Shown: piece after piece, positions 35,958-46,129 of the stretch
How positions within the stretch are numbered: position 1 is the stretch's first letter
Layout of the letters: each line of letters opens with the position of its first letter
Assembly: GCA_001189095.1 (NCBI GenBank)
Contig: LFCK01000002.1
Coordinates: 214,320 to 278,319 of the forward strand
Source of the DNA: Parcubacteria bacterium C7867-001
Lineage (GTDB): Bacteria; Patescibacteriota; Minisyncoccia; Phycocordibacterales; Phycocordibacteraceae
Direction of reading: 5' to 3'
Length of the DNA: 64,000 nt
The notes under the pieces: generated by a model
The model's database searches: none
The model's input: the letters and a program-made list of their open reading frames with translations, nothing else
What the model was told of the DNA's origin: nothing
Translations under genes and position numbers: made by a program

Positions 35958-37448
35958 ATGGGGAAGGGTACGGGAAACAGGTCAGACAACGGAGGACCGC
36001 GAGAAGCGGTCTTGCGTTTTGAGGGTGTCTCCTTCTCTTACGGCCACAACTATCCAATCCTCGACGAGGTCGACTTTTCCCTTAAGCGAGGGGCGAAAGT
36101 AACCATCATGGGCCAGAATGGTGCTGGCAAATCGACCATTCTGAAACTCATTACCGGCGCACTCGAGCCTGAAGATGGAAAGATTCAAAAAGTCCACGGG
36201 CTTACGGTCGCGACAGCTCATCAGACAATTACCCCAAAAGAACGCGCGCTCACGGTGCGGGAGTTTTTTGCGTCCTGCTTCAGTGAAAAAGTGTATGACT
36301 TGGACCCGAGAATAGACTCCGTGCTGGAGATAGTGAATCTTCATGCCCCGAAAGACCGTTTGATACAGGATTTCTCTGGAGGTCAGCAGGCGCGTCTTCT
36401 TTTGGCGAGCGCGCTCATACAGGATCCCGATGTCTTGCTGCTCGACGAGCCGACCAACAACCTCGATCATGCGGGCATCGAGCATCTCACCACCTTCCTT
36501 AAGGACTATACGAAGACCTGTATGGTCATTTCCCATGACGCGGACTTTTTGAATTCGTTCACCAGCGGCGTGCTGTATCTCGATGTGCATACGCACAAGG
36601 TGGAGCAATATGTCGGAGACTATTTTGCGCTTCTTGCGGAAATCAGCGCTCGTATTGAACGGGAAAACCGGAAGAACGCGCAGCTCGCCAAGAAAATACA
36701 GGACAACAAAGACAAGGCGAACTTCTTCGCGCAGAAGGGAGGCAAGATGCGTCTTGTTGCTAAGAAGATGCGTACTGAAATCGAGGAAATGGAAGAGGAA
36801 AAGGTGGATGTCCGAAAGGAAGACAAGACCATTCGTCCATTCGTCATCCCCAGCCAGCCAGAGGTAACGGGGCCGCTTCTCACCATTAGCGCGCTTTCCA
36901 TAATGGATCCCAAGACCCACAAGCCGAAAAAGAAAACGGCGAATATCATCCTGAAGAAAAATACGCATCTTCTTCTCAAAGGCCCAAATGGCATAGGGAA
37001 GTCGACGCTACTCGAATCTCTTGCGAGCGGTGCTGCAGAAGGCGCGACCATCGCGTCGAATGTGCGTGTCGGGTATTACCGCCAAGACTTCTCGACACTT
37101 AATTTCGAGGAGACCATATACGAATCCTTGACGGACGCAATGGAAAAACCGGATGAGCAGAAAATGCGCGCGGTTGCAGCTTCCTTCCTCCTTACTGCCG
37201 ACCACCTCGGAAAGAAGATCGGCGTTCTCTCCGAGGGTCAGAAAGGACTTGTCGCGTTCGCGCGTCTCGTTCTCGAGCGGCCGGGGGTCCTCATACTCGA
37301 TGAACCAACGAACCACCTCAACTTCAGGCACCTTCCGGTCATTGCGAAGGCACTCGATCAGTACGAAGGCGCCATGGTGCTCGTCTCGCACGTACCGGAA
37401 TTCGTCGCGCAGGTGCGTATAGACGAGGTGCTTGACTTGGAGAAGTAG
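35958..37448 (+). CDS. ABC-F family ATPase (two ABC domains, no TM)
   Basis: Two Walker A sites (GQNGAGKST and GPNGIGKST); two signature motifs (FSGGQQARL, LSEGQKGLV); charged inter-domain linker. Confidence 0.85.
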   Translation: MGKGTGNRSDNGGPREAVLRFEGVSFSYGHNYPILDEVDFSLKRGAKVTIMGQNGAGKSTILKLITGALEPEDGKIQKVHGLTVATAHQTITPKERALTVREFFASCFSEKVYDLDPRIDSVLEIVNLHAPKDRLIQDFSGGQQARLLLASALIQDPDVLLLDEPTNNLDHAGIEHLTTFLKDYTKTCMVISHDADFLNSFTSGVLYLDVHTHKVEQYVGDYFALLAEISARIERENRKNAQLAKKIQDNKDKANFFAQKGGKMRLVAKKMRTEIEEMEEEKVDVRKEDKTIRPFVIPSQPEVTGPLLTISALSIMDPKTHKPKKKTANIILKKNTHLLLKGPNGIGKSTLLESLASGAAEGATIASNVRVGYYRQDFSTLNFEETIYESLTDAMEKPDEQKMRAVAASFLLTADHLGKKIGVLSEGQKGLVAFARLVLERPGVLILDEPTNHLNFRHLPVIAKALDQYEGAMVLVSHVPEFVAQVRIDEVLDLEK

Positions 37449-37502
37449 GGATTCGCATTTTCCTCCGGTACACACACGAAGGAAAACCGCTATACTTCCT
37501 CT

Positions 37503-37979
37503 ATGACTCTCAAAGATATCTTTCGTCTACTCGTATCCCTCGGCATACCACAGATTGCAGGAGGAGTGGGTGCGATTTTTTCTGTGGCAGCAATACCTTC
37601 GTGGTACGCCTCGCTCGTTCGACCCTCTCTTGCTCCGCCAAATTGGGTATTCGGTCCCGTGTGGACGACGCTCTTTCTTCTCATGGGCATAGCGTTGTTT
37701 CTGGTGTGGCGAAAAGGAATCAATGTGTTAGGGGGCAAGACGGCGCTTGTGTGGTTCTCAGTACAACTGGCACTTAACGTTCTCTGGTCGTTCCTCTTCT
37801 TTGGACTAAAAAGTCCGAGCTTCGCACTTATTGAAATCGCGATTCTCTGGGTTTCTATCATGGCGACAATTTTGGCCTTCAACAAGATTTCGCGGATCGC
37901 AGCGCTCCTCCTTCTCCCGTACCTTCTGTGGACTTCGTTTGCTGCGTATCTCAACGCTCTGTTCTTCGTTCTCAACTAG
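37503..37979 (+). CDS. tspO: TspO/MBR family membrane protein (second paralog)
   Basis: WYASLVRPSLAPPNWVFGPVW, LWSFLFF and LLLPYLLWTSFA motifs. Confidence 0.75.
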   Translation: MTLKDIFRLLVSLGIPQIAGGVGAIFSVAAIPSWYASLVRPSLAPPNWVFGPVWTTLFLLMGIALFLVWRKGINVLGGKTALVWFSVQLALNVLWSFLFFGLKSPSFALIEIAILWVSIMATILAFNKISRIAALLLLPYLLWTSFAAYLNALFFVLN

Positions 37980-37997
37980 GAACTTCCGGTCATTGCT

Positions 37998-38198
37998 ATG
38001 AAAACCTATTCCCGACAATTCAAGAACGAGCACGGTGACACCGTAACCATCCGCACGAATGAAGAAACTCGGTATGGCATAGACGGGGTACAGGTCCTTG
38101 TCGGCGGCGCGGAAGGGGATACCGAGTTTTTCGTTACCAAACAGGAAGCCGTTGAGCTCTACGAAGCGCTCGGAGCCATTTTAAAGCGCGGACGCTAA
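37998..38198 (+). CDS. small hypothetical protein
   Basis: 66-aa ORF. Confidence 0.35.
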   Translation: MKTYSRQFKNEHGDTVTIRTNEETRYGIDGVQVLVGGAEGDTEFFVTKQEAVELYEALGAILKRGR

Positions 38199-38291
38199 CG
38201 CACCGGTGGGCGCTTGCGCTCCCTCACGAGAGGAGTATCGTCGGTACTAGAATATCCAGTCGGATACTCGTAGCAGGAAGGAGACGCCGTC

Positions 38292-39338
38292 ATGGCGATC
38301 AAGTACCAGCTCGAGGACCTCTTGGTCCAACTTCACCGAACAACGCCGGCGAAAGTCGACGCAATACGCGAGAGTTGCCGGCGCTCAGAAAACGGCCTTC
38401 TCTCGGTGGGTCTCAAGATCCACTATCTGGGAGAGGGTGCGGAATTTGACCCCCTCATCGATGCTCTTGGTGGGGCAGAAGAGATCCTCGTGAATCACTA
38501 TCGAAACACGAAGGCCACGCTCTGCTTCGTACTCCCTCCCGTAGGGAACGCGCATGCAGCGATTTGGCTCTTGCAGTGCATCGAGCGTTCCGTTGGTATC
38601 GCTCTTTTCAACAACCCGCAGATCCAGATTCAAGTCTGTACTCCGGGAAGAATCGATAAGGAAAACTCCGCGATACTTGCGATGTGCTTCTACCTCGGGT
38701 CAGACGTGCTTCGGCGCTACAACCTGAACGACTTCGAAACGACGTTTACAACGTATGTCACCCATCCGATGTTCGGTGGACCAACGGATCTTTCTCGAGG
38801 AATGCGCATTGTGCTCTACGATGCGTATGGTGACTTCGATAAGAACTTTGAGTGGTGGAAAATAGCAGGACGCGCTCGCGCTCTCGAAATTGCACCGCAG
38901 CTCCCGTTCGACTTCGGACGGAGCGACGTTCTTACCGCAACAAGCCCAGTCGATGTTCGCAACATCAATCTGGTCGCGACGCTCCTTGTACACGCCACGT
39001 TTGGCGGGTACTGGGAGAAGCTCGGCAAGAAGTTCGTAAAGGACTTCAAGGAGCTGCTCGATCGTCACATGCTCACAGCGCTCCTTGGAGCACCGTGGTT
39101 ACGGACCGACGAACCTGAAACGTTCGACAACGACGCGTTCTACGCCGCGCTCCAAGAGCTCACGGCGTACGCGCTCGGCGAAGCCGAACGTCTCAAGAAG
39201 TTGCAGCGTCGTTTCTTCGCGTGGAGAAACAGCGAGCCGGATACGAGCATCCTCGAAGAGGTGCACGACCTGCTCGCTGCGTATCGAAAAGTAATGCGTA
39301 CGGAAGCCCTGCGCTTCATCGGAGAGGAGAAGAAATGA
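38292..39338 (+). CDS. hypothetical protein (orphan, 348 aa)
   Basis: AGGAAGGAG RBS; no recognisable motif; stop overlaps the start of the following small ORF (ATGA). Confidence 0.55.
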   Translation: MAIKYQLEDLLVQLHRTTPAKVDAIRESCRRSENGLLSVGLKIHYLGEGAEFDPLIDALGGAEEILVNHYRNTKATLCFVLPPVGNAHAAIWLLQCIERSVGIALFNNPQIQIQVCTPGRIDKENSAILAMCFYLGSDVLRRYNLNDFETTFTTYVTHPMFGGPTDLSRGMRIVLYDAYGDFDKNFEWWKIAGRARALEIAPQLPFDFGRSDVLTATSPVDVRNINLVATLLVHATFGGYWEKLGKKFVKDFKELLDRHMLTALLGAPWLRTDEPETFDNDAFYAALQELTAYALGEAERLKKLQRRFFAWRNSEPDTSILEEVHDLLAAYRKVMRTEALRFIGEEKK

Positions 39339-39475
39339 AAACTGCACACCAACCCGGCTCGCAACCGCTTGAGATTCCGGAGAGCATCCCGAATCCGGCT
39401 CACGAGCCACGGACCCTCCCGACACCGACGACTAAACCGGTCAAAGCACCGGAAAAGGTTCCGGAGAAAGTCTAA
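39335..39475 (+). CDS. possible 46-aa Pro/Thr-rich peptide
   Basis: MKTAHQPGSQPLEIPESIPNPAHEPRTLPTPTTKPVKAPEKVPEKV; ATGA start/stop overlap with the upstream gene; followed by a strong terminator. Confidence 0.3.
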   Translation: MKTAHQPGSQPLEIPESIPNPAHEPRTLPTPTTKPVKAPEKVPEKV

Positions 39476-39479
39476 GAGT

Positions 39480-39511
39480 GCCGCCGCCCCGTTTCGGGGC
39501 GGCGTTTTGTT
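39480..39511 (+). terminator. intrinsic terminator
   Basis: gccgccccg-ttt-cggggcggc followed by gttttgtt. Confidence 0.65.
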
Positions 39512-39523
39512 ACACTAGTGTAA

Positions 39524-39807
39524 TGAAAGCTAAGACAAGGAGTGCGGTCCGGACATTTACCGATATTCCGAATATCGGACCAGCAATCGCAAAAGATTTC
39601 GTACAGATTGGCATCAAAGACCCAGTGGGTTTACAAGGGAAGGACGCGTTCACGCTCTACAAGAAATTGTGCACGAAGACCGGAACCCGTCACGATCCGT
39701 GCGTTCTCGACACTTTCATGGCCGCAGTCGATTTTATGGATGGCGCACCGGCGCGTCCATGGTGGCACTACACACAGGAGCGCAAGAAGCGCTTTCCGAA
39801 TATATAG
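39524..39807 (+). CDS. helix-hairpin-helix (Cdd1-like) DNA-binding protein
   Basis: TFTDIPNIGPAIAKDFVQIGI HhH motif; 94 aa. Confidence 0.5.
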
Positions 39808-39824
39808 CGAGCTATACTTGCGGT

Positions 39825-40541
39825 ATGGACGAAGTAGAAATGCTGCGCAAAGAGCTCGCTGAGAATGCGAGCGAATCGAAAATGAACTGGCTGCGCGCCG
39901 CGGTTCTTGGTGCAAATGACGGCATCGTTTCGGTTGCTGCGCTCGTGGTCGGCGTTGCGGGAGCCTCGACCGATTCTTTTACGCTTCTCATCACCGGTGT
40001 TGCAGGTCTACTCTCCGGCGCTCTCTCGATGGCGGTCGGCGAATATATTTCCGTCTCAAGCCAGCGCGATACAGAGAAGGCGATGCTCGCGAAAGAGCTC
40101 GTTGAGCTTCGGAAGCAGCCGGACGCGGAGTTGAGTGAGCTCGCGCTTATTTATGAACGTAAAGGTCTTTCGAAAGAGACTGCGCGCACGGTTGCGGAGG
40201 AGCTTTCTCGTAAAGACGCCTTTGCTGCGCATGTCGACGCGGAACTCCACATCGATCCGAACAATCTTGTGAGTCCGATACAAGCCGCATTCGCTTCCGC
40301 TGTTTCTTTCACGATTGGCGCACTTATTCCAGTACTTGCCATTACGCTTCCGCCTGAAGCACTACGCGTTCCAGCGACGTTCGCTGCAGTACTCGTCGCG
40401 CTTGTTGTCACGGGCATTTTGAGCGCGAAGGTGAGCGGAACGAAAACGCTCCCTGTTACGGTGCGCGTTGTCTGCGGCGGTGCGCTCGCGATGGTTATCA
40501 CCTTCGGTATCGGCATGCTTTTTGGTGTTGCGGCGATTTAA
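39825..40541 (+). CDS. VIT1/CCC1-family iron/manganese transporter
   Basis: NWLRAAVLGANDGIVSVAALVVGVA signature; cytosolic helical domain; 5 TM. Confidence 0.8.
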   Translation: MDEVEMLRKELAENASESKMNWLRAAVLGANDGIVSVAALVVGVAGASTDSFTLLITGVAGLLSGALSMAVGEYISVSSQRDTEKAMLAKELVELRKQPDAELSELALIYERKGLSKETARTVAEELSRKDAFAAHVDAELHIDPNNLVSPIQAAFASAVSFTIGALIPVLAITLPPEALRVPATFAAVLVALVVTGILSAKVSGTKTLPVTVRVVCGGALAMVITFGIGMLFGVAAI

Positions 40542-40558
40542 TTTGGTAGAATGCACGT

Positions 40559-40849
40559 ATGGGACTGAACTCTGCTCCGCATGGTTCGAATGAAAAGTTC
40601 GCTTCTCGCGAACGTGTCTTGGCGCGCAACACCTTTCAGATAGAGCTCGCGCAGCGGTACTTCGGCATCATGGGCGATACCGCAATGTTTTCATGGACCG
40701 ACGGGGGAGATAATTCTCTCGCTGCTCGTTTTGCAAAATACGAAGAAACACATGAGATAAATTACTCAAAACTCTCGTCGGAAGAGCTGGATGCGGTCAT
40801 TAAGGATATGGGTCTTGAGTCCTCACTTCGCAACGAAATCGTACACTAA
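40559..40849 (+). CDS. hypothetical protein
   Basis: 96-aa ORF. Confidence 0.4.
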   Translation: MGLNSAPHGSNEKFASRERVLARNTFQIELAQRYFGIMGDTAMFSWTDGGDNSLAARFAKYEETHEINYSKLSSEELDAVIKDMGLESSLRNEIVH

Positions 40850-40883
40850 CTCCTCTCTACGGCTGTGCTAAAATGCCGCTACC

Positions 40884-41996
40884 GTGACCCTCTCCAAGGA
40901 CTCAAATAGCGAACATTCCGGAACTCGAAAGCGCCTTATCGGTGGCGCTCTTATTGTTTCGGGCCTCATCCTCGCCTTTTGGTTCGGCGGCATTCCTTCA
41001 AAATACGATCGGGCTGAAGCGGAAGGGAAGAAGCCTCTCGAAAAACTGGTCGATGCAATTTTGCCTGAACCGAAGCTTGATACGGCAGACTATGACAAAC
41101 GTATGCTCGCGCTCGCGCATGTGGTTCCGGCAACCACGACCAGCACTTCAACCGCAACCACCACCAAGAAGAGCCTCTGGCCGGCGAAGACGGTATATCC
41201 GAACGCAGGCGCACTCCTTCCGTTTAACCGTATCCTCGCATATTACGGAAACTTCTATTCAAAAGGCATGGGGGTGCTTGGCGAATATCCGGAAGACGTG
41301 ATGATTGCAAAACTCCTTGCCGAGAAGAAGAATTGGGAAGCTGCGGACCCTTCGACTCCCGTCATTCCCGCCATTCACTACATCGTCGTAACGGCACAGG
41401 GAAGTGCTGGCAAGGACGGAAAGTATCGTCTGCGCATGCCGGATGATCAAATCGATAAGGCGCTCGCTGTTGCCGAAAAAGTACACGGCGTCGTTTTCAT
41501 CGACTTCCAAGTTGCTCTCTCGAACTTGCAGACGGAGCTTCCGATCTACGAGGAATATTTGAAGAAACCAAACGTACATCTCGGCGTCGACCCTGAGTTT
41601 GCGATGCAGCCTTCCGGTAAGAAGCCGGGGACGGTCATCGGCACGATGGATGCGACCGACATAAACTTCGCTGCGAGCTATCTCGCAAAGCTGGTACAAG
41701 ACAACAAGCTTCCGCCGAAAGTGCTCGTCATTCACCGCTTCACCAAGGGTATGGTAACGAATTACCAAGCTATTAAACCGCTTCCCGAGGTGCAGATAGT
41801 GATAGATATGGACGGCTGGGGCTTCGGCGCCAAGAAAATTAATACCTACAACACGGTGATTACTCCCGAGCCGGTGCAGTTCGCAGGTTTCAAGCTGTTT
41901 TACAAGAATGACCTCAAAGCGCCTTCGACCCGCTTGCTTACACCGGCTGAAGTTCTCAAGCTCACGCCTGCGCCGATTTACATCCAGTATCAATAG
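40884..41996 (+). CDS. membrane-anchored extracytoplasmic hypothetical protein (possibly glycoside-hydrolase-like TIM barrel)
   Basis: N-terminal TM (LIGGALIVSGLILAFWF); Thr-rich linker; 300-aa domain with alternating beta/alpha pattern; family assignment tentative. Confidence 0.45.
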   Translation: MTLSKDSNSEHSGTRKRLIGGALIVSGLILAFWFGGIPSKYDRAEAEGKKPLEKLVDAILPEPKLDTADYDKRMLALAHVVPATTTSTSTATTTKKSLWPAKTVYPNAGALLPFNRILAYYGNFYSKGMGVLGEYPEDVMIAKLLAEKKNWEAADPSTPVIPAIHYIVVTAQGSAGKDGKYRLRMPDDQIDKALAVAEKVHGVVFIDFQVALSNLQTELPIYEEYLKKPNVHLGVDPEFAMQPSGKKPGTVIGTMDATDINFAASYLAKLVQDNKLPPKVLVIHRFTKGMVTNYQAIKPLPEVQIVIDMDGWGFGAKKINTYNTVITPEPVQFAGFKLFYKNDLKAPSTRLLTPAEVLKLTPAPIYIQYQ

Positions 41997-42002
41997 CGAC
42001 GT

Positions 42003-42608
42003 ATGTCATACCGGAACCTCCGAAAGCTTCTTCTCGCGCTCGGATTCCTCGTCGTATTTGTCTATGCGGCTTACACGGGCGCTGACCTCCCGAAGAATGG
42101 ACAGTACGTCGACCGTCTCTCGGGGAAAGCCGTTCCCATAGACCCTTCTGTCACCTTTGAATACGGAAAGCCTATTCAGATCGCCTATGTGGTAGACGGC
42201 GATACGGCGCAGCTCATAAACGGCGAATACGTTCGCTACATCGGCATCGATACGCCGGAAGAGTTCGATCCACGAAAGCCCGAACAGTGCTATGCGAAAG
42301 AGGCGGCCGCTGAAAATCGAAAACTCGTGCAAGGACAGTATGTCGTCATACAAAAAGAGATTACCGAGCGCGATAAATATGGCCGCATCCTTGGCTACCT
42401 CTACCTTTCCGACGGAACCTTTGTGAATAAAAAGCTCGTCGAGGACGGGTTTGCGTTCGCCTACCCTTACAAACCAGACACCGCGAAAGCGGACGAGTTC
42501 GCCGCCGCCGAAGTGGCGGCGAAAGAAGCAAAGCACGGTCTCTGGAGTGTCTGTACGACCTATAGACTCTCAGGCGGAAGGGAACAAACCAATGATCTCG
42601 GGCGTTAA
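42003..42608 (+). CDS. secreted thermonuclease (SNase-like)
   Basis: N-terminal TM/signal; YVVDGDTAQL...IGIDTPE...YGRILGY staphylococcal-nuclease motifs. Confidence 0.8.
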   Translation: MSYRNLRKLLLALGFLVVFVYAAYTGADLPKNGQYVDRLSGKAVPIDPSVTFEYGKPIQIAYVVDGDTAQLINGEYVRYIGIDTPEEFDPRKPEQCYAKEAAAENRKLVQGQYVVIQKEITERDKYGRILGYLYLSDGTFVNKKLVEDGFAFAYPYKPDTAKADEFAAAEVAAKEAKHGLWSVCTTYRLSGGREQTNDLGR

Positions 42609-43204
42609 GCTTTAGGCAACGTCCGAAATGTTATTGAGTAGCGGAGCTCAGAAACTTTCGGAACCGAATGCTGAAAGTCCCAACGGCTTTCATGCTGCAT
42701 GAGATACGCCGAGCGCGGCGCGACCTCCACTTCCTGTATGTCGCGCGTCATCCGTTTGCGACGCATGCGTGACCATGTCGGACGCAGACGAAGGCGGCAC
42801 CAGCCGGAAAGCGATATGCCGATGATGGAGTCGAAACTCTCGTTGTCTCGGTGCCAGCCTATCGCCGCACCCTTAGGATATTCGGTGATGAGTGCTTCGA
42901 CGACAGCCGATTTTGGAATATCAAGCCATTTTGCGATCTTATTCGCGCAGGGGATCAAGAACGGAGGCAGAGGCGGACCCTTCACCAGCTTCGCTTTCGC
43001 GAAGTCGTAGCTCCAGCCGAAATTCATAACGCGCCGCTTCGCCGCGTAGCCTTCCTGCATTGGGTGGGTGAGCGGTAAGTCCTCGATGTAGCCGATAAGC
43101 TCCCGCTCCTCTTCTTCAGTGAGGAAATTGGCGCGATAGACGAAGCCGTTCGGGAGTACTGCGCCCGAGTCAAAAAGTTTCTGCTGCCCCTGCACACCCT
43201 TCAT
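42605..43204 (-). CDS. alkB: alpha-ketoglutarate-dependent dioxygenase AlkB
   Basis: IGWHRDNESFD (HxD) plus a downstream His and RxxxR; about 199 aa. Confidence 0.8.
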   Translation of the reverse strand: MKGVQGQQKLFDSGAVLPNGFVYRANFLTEEEERELIGYIEDLPLTHPMQEGYAAKRRVMNFGWSYDFAKAKLVKGPPLPPFLIPCANKIAKWLDIPKSAVVEALITEYPKGAAIGWHRDNESFDSIIGISLSGWCRLRLRPTWSRMRRKRMTRDIQEVEVAPRSAYLMQHESRWDFQHSVPKVSELRYSITFRTLPKA

Positions 43205-43249
43205 TCCTACGAGTGTAGGGAAGGGAAAACTATCCCCATATACACATGT

Positions 43250-44290
43250 TCATTTCGAGAGATAGGTCAGGATATCAGCGTAGAGCGCACGGGTTCGCTC
43301 TCTCGTTTTCTTCCCAAGTGCTGCATAGTGGTCGAGTCCCGGTGAGGCGTTTATTTCGAGGATGCGGAAACGTTTCGGCACAGTCGAAAGGTCATCTATC
43401 GAAAGCACGTCGATGCCCGCAAGTGTGAGATTCATGTCGCGAGCCAGCGCAACAGCGAGCTTCTTCCACGCTGGATGGACCGTGTCGGTTACGTCAACGC
43501 CGGTACCTCCACTCGAGAGATTCGCAATATTGAGCACGAGTACCTCAGTTCCTTTCGGTGGAACCGAGCGCAAGGTGTATCCGCCGCGCGAAAGGCATTC
43601 GCGTATGCGAGGGTCGTGAATATCGATAGTGAGCCGTTCTGTTTTCTTGTGTCCTTGTATCGCGGCTTTAATAAGCGAACGCAACGATGATTTTCCGTCA
43701 CCGATAACGGAGAAAGGTCGGCGTTCGTACGCACACACGAATTTCCCGTTGAACACGACGATACGATAATCCCTCCCAGCAACGGGCTTTTGGACGAGCG
43801 CAACGCGGTCATGTAAAAAAACATCCGTGAGTGCGCGATCGAATTCTTGCTTCGTGCGCACGAGCGCGGTACTTCTTCCTTGGCTGCCGCTATTTGGCTT
43901 CACGAAAACCGGAAATCCGAGGGTTCGTGCGTAGACGTATGCCGCTTTCGAGCTCTGTTTCGAGCCGATGGTTTTTGCCCAGAGAGGAGAATAGAAGGCT
44001 TTGCCAGAGACGGTTGGGTACCCCATCTTTTTCATAAAGAAGTTCGCGTAATCTTTGTCTTTTGCGATTTCAGCTGCCGCTTGGGTATTCACGTCGAGGC
44101 TCGAGTAGCGGAGGTAGCGCTTTCCGCGAGGAACCTCGAGCTGCACCACGATTCCCCAGTCTGGCTCGACAAGAACCTTAAGTCCGCGTTTTTTGGCTTC
44201 CGCGCGCAAGAGGCGGCTCGCTAGTGGGGGTTGTTTCCGCTCGTGTGTTTGCATAGTGACACGAGTATACCCCGTAGCGGGGAAATGCAA
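43250..44290 (-). CDS. ATP-grasp domain ligase (RimK/Ddl-like)
   Basis: GFPVFVKPNSGSQGRS ATP-grasp P-loop-like motif; EINASPG near the C-terminus; start may be an internal Met. Confidence 0.55.
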   Translation of the reverse strand: MHFPATGYTRVTMQTHERKQPPLASRLLRAEAKKRGLKVLVEPDWGIVVQLEVPRGKRYLRYSSLDVNTQAAAEIAKDKDYANFFMKKMGYPTVSGKAFYSPLWAKTIGSKQSSKAAYVYARTLGFPVFVKPNSGSQGRSTALVRTKQEFDRALTDVFLHDRVALVQKPVAGRDYRIVVFNGKFVCAYERRPFSVIGDGKSSLRSLIKAAIQGHKKTERLTIDIHDPRIRECLSRGGYTLRSVPPKGTEVLVLNIANLSSGGTGVDVTDTVHPAWKKLAVALARDMNLTLAGIDVLSIDDLSTVPKRFRILEINASPGLDHYAALGKKTRERTRALYADILTYLSK

Positions 44291-44338
44291 GGAGAAGCCT
44301 TGTTTGGCCGCTCGCTCGCTCGGGGTATACTCTCATTC

Positions 44339-45331
44339 ATGAAACTTTTTCTTTTTCCCGTCATTATTTCGATACTTACTCTTGCCGCGGTGGCGGTTTG
44401 GGGCGGGCCGGAGGCGCTCATTCTCGCGAGCATCCTCGTCGTCCTTGAAGTAACCCTCTCGTTCGATAACGCGGTCGTGAACGCGAAGGTGCTCATGAAC
44501 ATGACTCATGAGTGGCAGCGTCGCTTCCTCACATGGGGTATTCTTTTCGCCGTCTTCTTCACGCGTCTCGTGCTTCCGATTCTTATTGTGAGCGTCAGCG
44601 TCTGGCGTTCGCCGCTCGACGTTCTCAATCTCGCCGCATTCTTTCCGAACGAATATGCGGTGCTTCTCGACCATGCACACGCGGGTGTGAGCGCCTTCGG
44701 TGCCGCCTTCCTCCTCATGGTGTCGCTTAAATATTTCCTCGACAGCAGCAAGACCCTCCACTGGTTCAAGGCCCTTGAACGCGGTCTTTCCTCGTGGGGC
44801 CGTGTCGAGGCAGTCGAAATCGGTATTTCACTCGTCACGGTCCTCGGCTTCTCGTTCTTCGTTCCGCACGAGGAGCAGTCAGTGGTGCTCATTGCAGGAT
44901 TGGTCGGCATCATCCTCTTCATCTTCATGCGCGGTCTTGCAGGTTCGTATTCCGAGCAAATGACGCAAGGGGCAGCGAAAGGATTCGCTCTTTTCATGTA
45001 TCTCAACATCCTTGATACTGCCTTCTCGCTCGACAGTGTGGTGGGTGCATTCGCACTTACGACCCAGATCCCGATCATTGTCGCTGGTCTCGGTATCGGT
45101 GCTATTTTCGTGCGTACGCTTACCGTTTACCTCGTTGAACACAAGGCGCTTGCAGCCCTTATCTACCTTGAACATGGTGCGCACTGGGCTATTCTCGGCC
45201 TTGCGGTAAGTATGTATGCGAGCCTGTTGTTCGAGATTCCGGAGGTCATTACGGGAGGAATCGGTGCCTTCTTCGTTATTGCGGCCTACCTTTCCTCTAT
45301 TCGCGTGCGCAAGAATCCCACGTCCCCGTAA
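44339..45331 (+). CDS. TerC/DUF475-family integral membrane protein
   Basis: LSFDNAVVNA signature; about 8 TM. Confidence 0.7.
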   Translation: MKLFLFPVIISILTLAAVAVWGGPEALILASILVVLEVTLSFDNAVVNAKVLMNMTHEWQRRFLTWGILFAVFFTRLVLPILIVSVSVWRSPLDVLNLAAFFPNEYAVLLDHAHAGVSAFGAAFLLMVSLKYFLDSSKTLHWFKALERGLSSWGRVEAVEIGISLVTVLGFSFFVPHEEQSVVLIAGLVGIILFIFMRGLAGSYSEQMTQGAAKGFALFMYLNILDTAFSLDSVVGAFALTTQIPIIVAGLGIGAIFVRTLTVYLVEHKALAALIYLEHGAHWAILGLAVSMYASLLFEIPEVITGGIGAFFVIAAYLSSIRVRKNPTSP

Positions 45332-45355
45332 TCCCCGCTTTACGAAGGGGTAGGG

Positions 45356-46084
45356 GTGCGTACAATAGATCCGTTAGCAGCATCTAATTTTCTTCTTCGT
45401 ATGCGAATTGTATATATAGTCATTGCGCTCGCGGCGCTCGGTCTCATCGGCTGGCTCGTGCTTGGTGGTGCAAAATCAGCCACGGGAACCCCGACCGCTG
45501 AAAATCTTACCGGAACCACGACGGCACCAGTCGAGGGAACGACGTATCAGATAGATCCGTCTGCAAGCACCGTAACGTTTGCGGGCAGCAAACCTCTTAT
45601 TCCAAATTACGTTGATACCGGAACTATTGGCATCAAGAGCGGCACGCTTTCAGTGAATGGGGCAACCGGCACCGGTTCGGTGGTCATCGATATGGCTACG
45701 GTAAAAGTCGGTATGACCGGTAAGGGTACCGGTCCTGCAGACTCGCTTACCGAGCACCTCAAGAAGTCTGACTTCTTCGACATTGCGACGTATCCGACGG
45801 CGACCTTCACCATTTCGAATGTTGCAGCGCGTGCAGATAGCGGAACAACTTCGCTGTATGACGTGACGGGAACACTCACCATGAAAGGTAAGACGAATGA
45901 GGTAACCTTCCCCGCGAAGATTTATCTTCAAGATGGAAAACTTCACGCGGACGCCTCGGTCACCATTGATCGCACGAAGTGGGGAATCACCTTCGGCTCA
46001 AAGGATTTCGTTGCGAACATTGGCAATAACGCCATTAGCAACGACGTGAAGCTTACGCTCAACATCGTCGCAAATCCGCAGTAA
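45356..46084 (+). CDS. YceI-like periplasmic protein
   Basis: YQIDPSASTVTF...HLKKSDFFD...TGTLTMKGKTNEVTF pattern of the YceI family; N-terminal TM. Confidence 0.75.
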   Translation: MRTIDPLAASNFLLRMRIVYIVIALAALGLIGWLVLGGAKSATGTPTAENLTGTTTAPVEGTTYQIDPSASTVTFAGSKPLIPNYVDTGTIGIKSGTLSVNGATGTGSVVIDMATVKVGMTGKGTGPADSLTEHLKKSDFFDIATYPTATFTISNVAARADSGTTSLYDVTGTLTMKGKTNEVTFPAKIYLQDGKLHADASVTIDRTKWGITFGSKDFVANIGNNAISNDVKLTLNIVANPQ

Positions 46085-46094
46085 CGGCTATATA

Positions 46095-46128
46095 AAAACC
46101 GCCGGAGCGTGCTGCTCCGGCGGTTTTT
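46095..46128 (+). terminator. bidirectional intrinsic terminator
   Basis: aaaaaccgccggagc-gtgct-gctccggcggttttt. Confidence 0.65.
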
Positions 46129-46129
46129 A

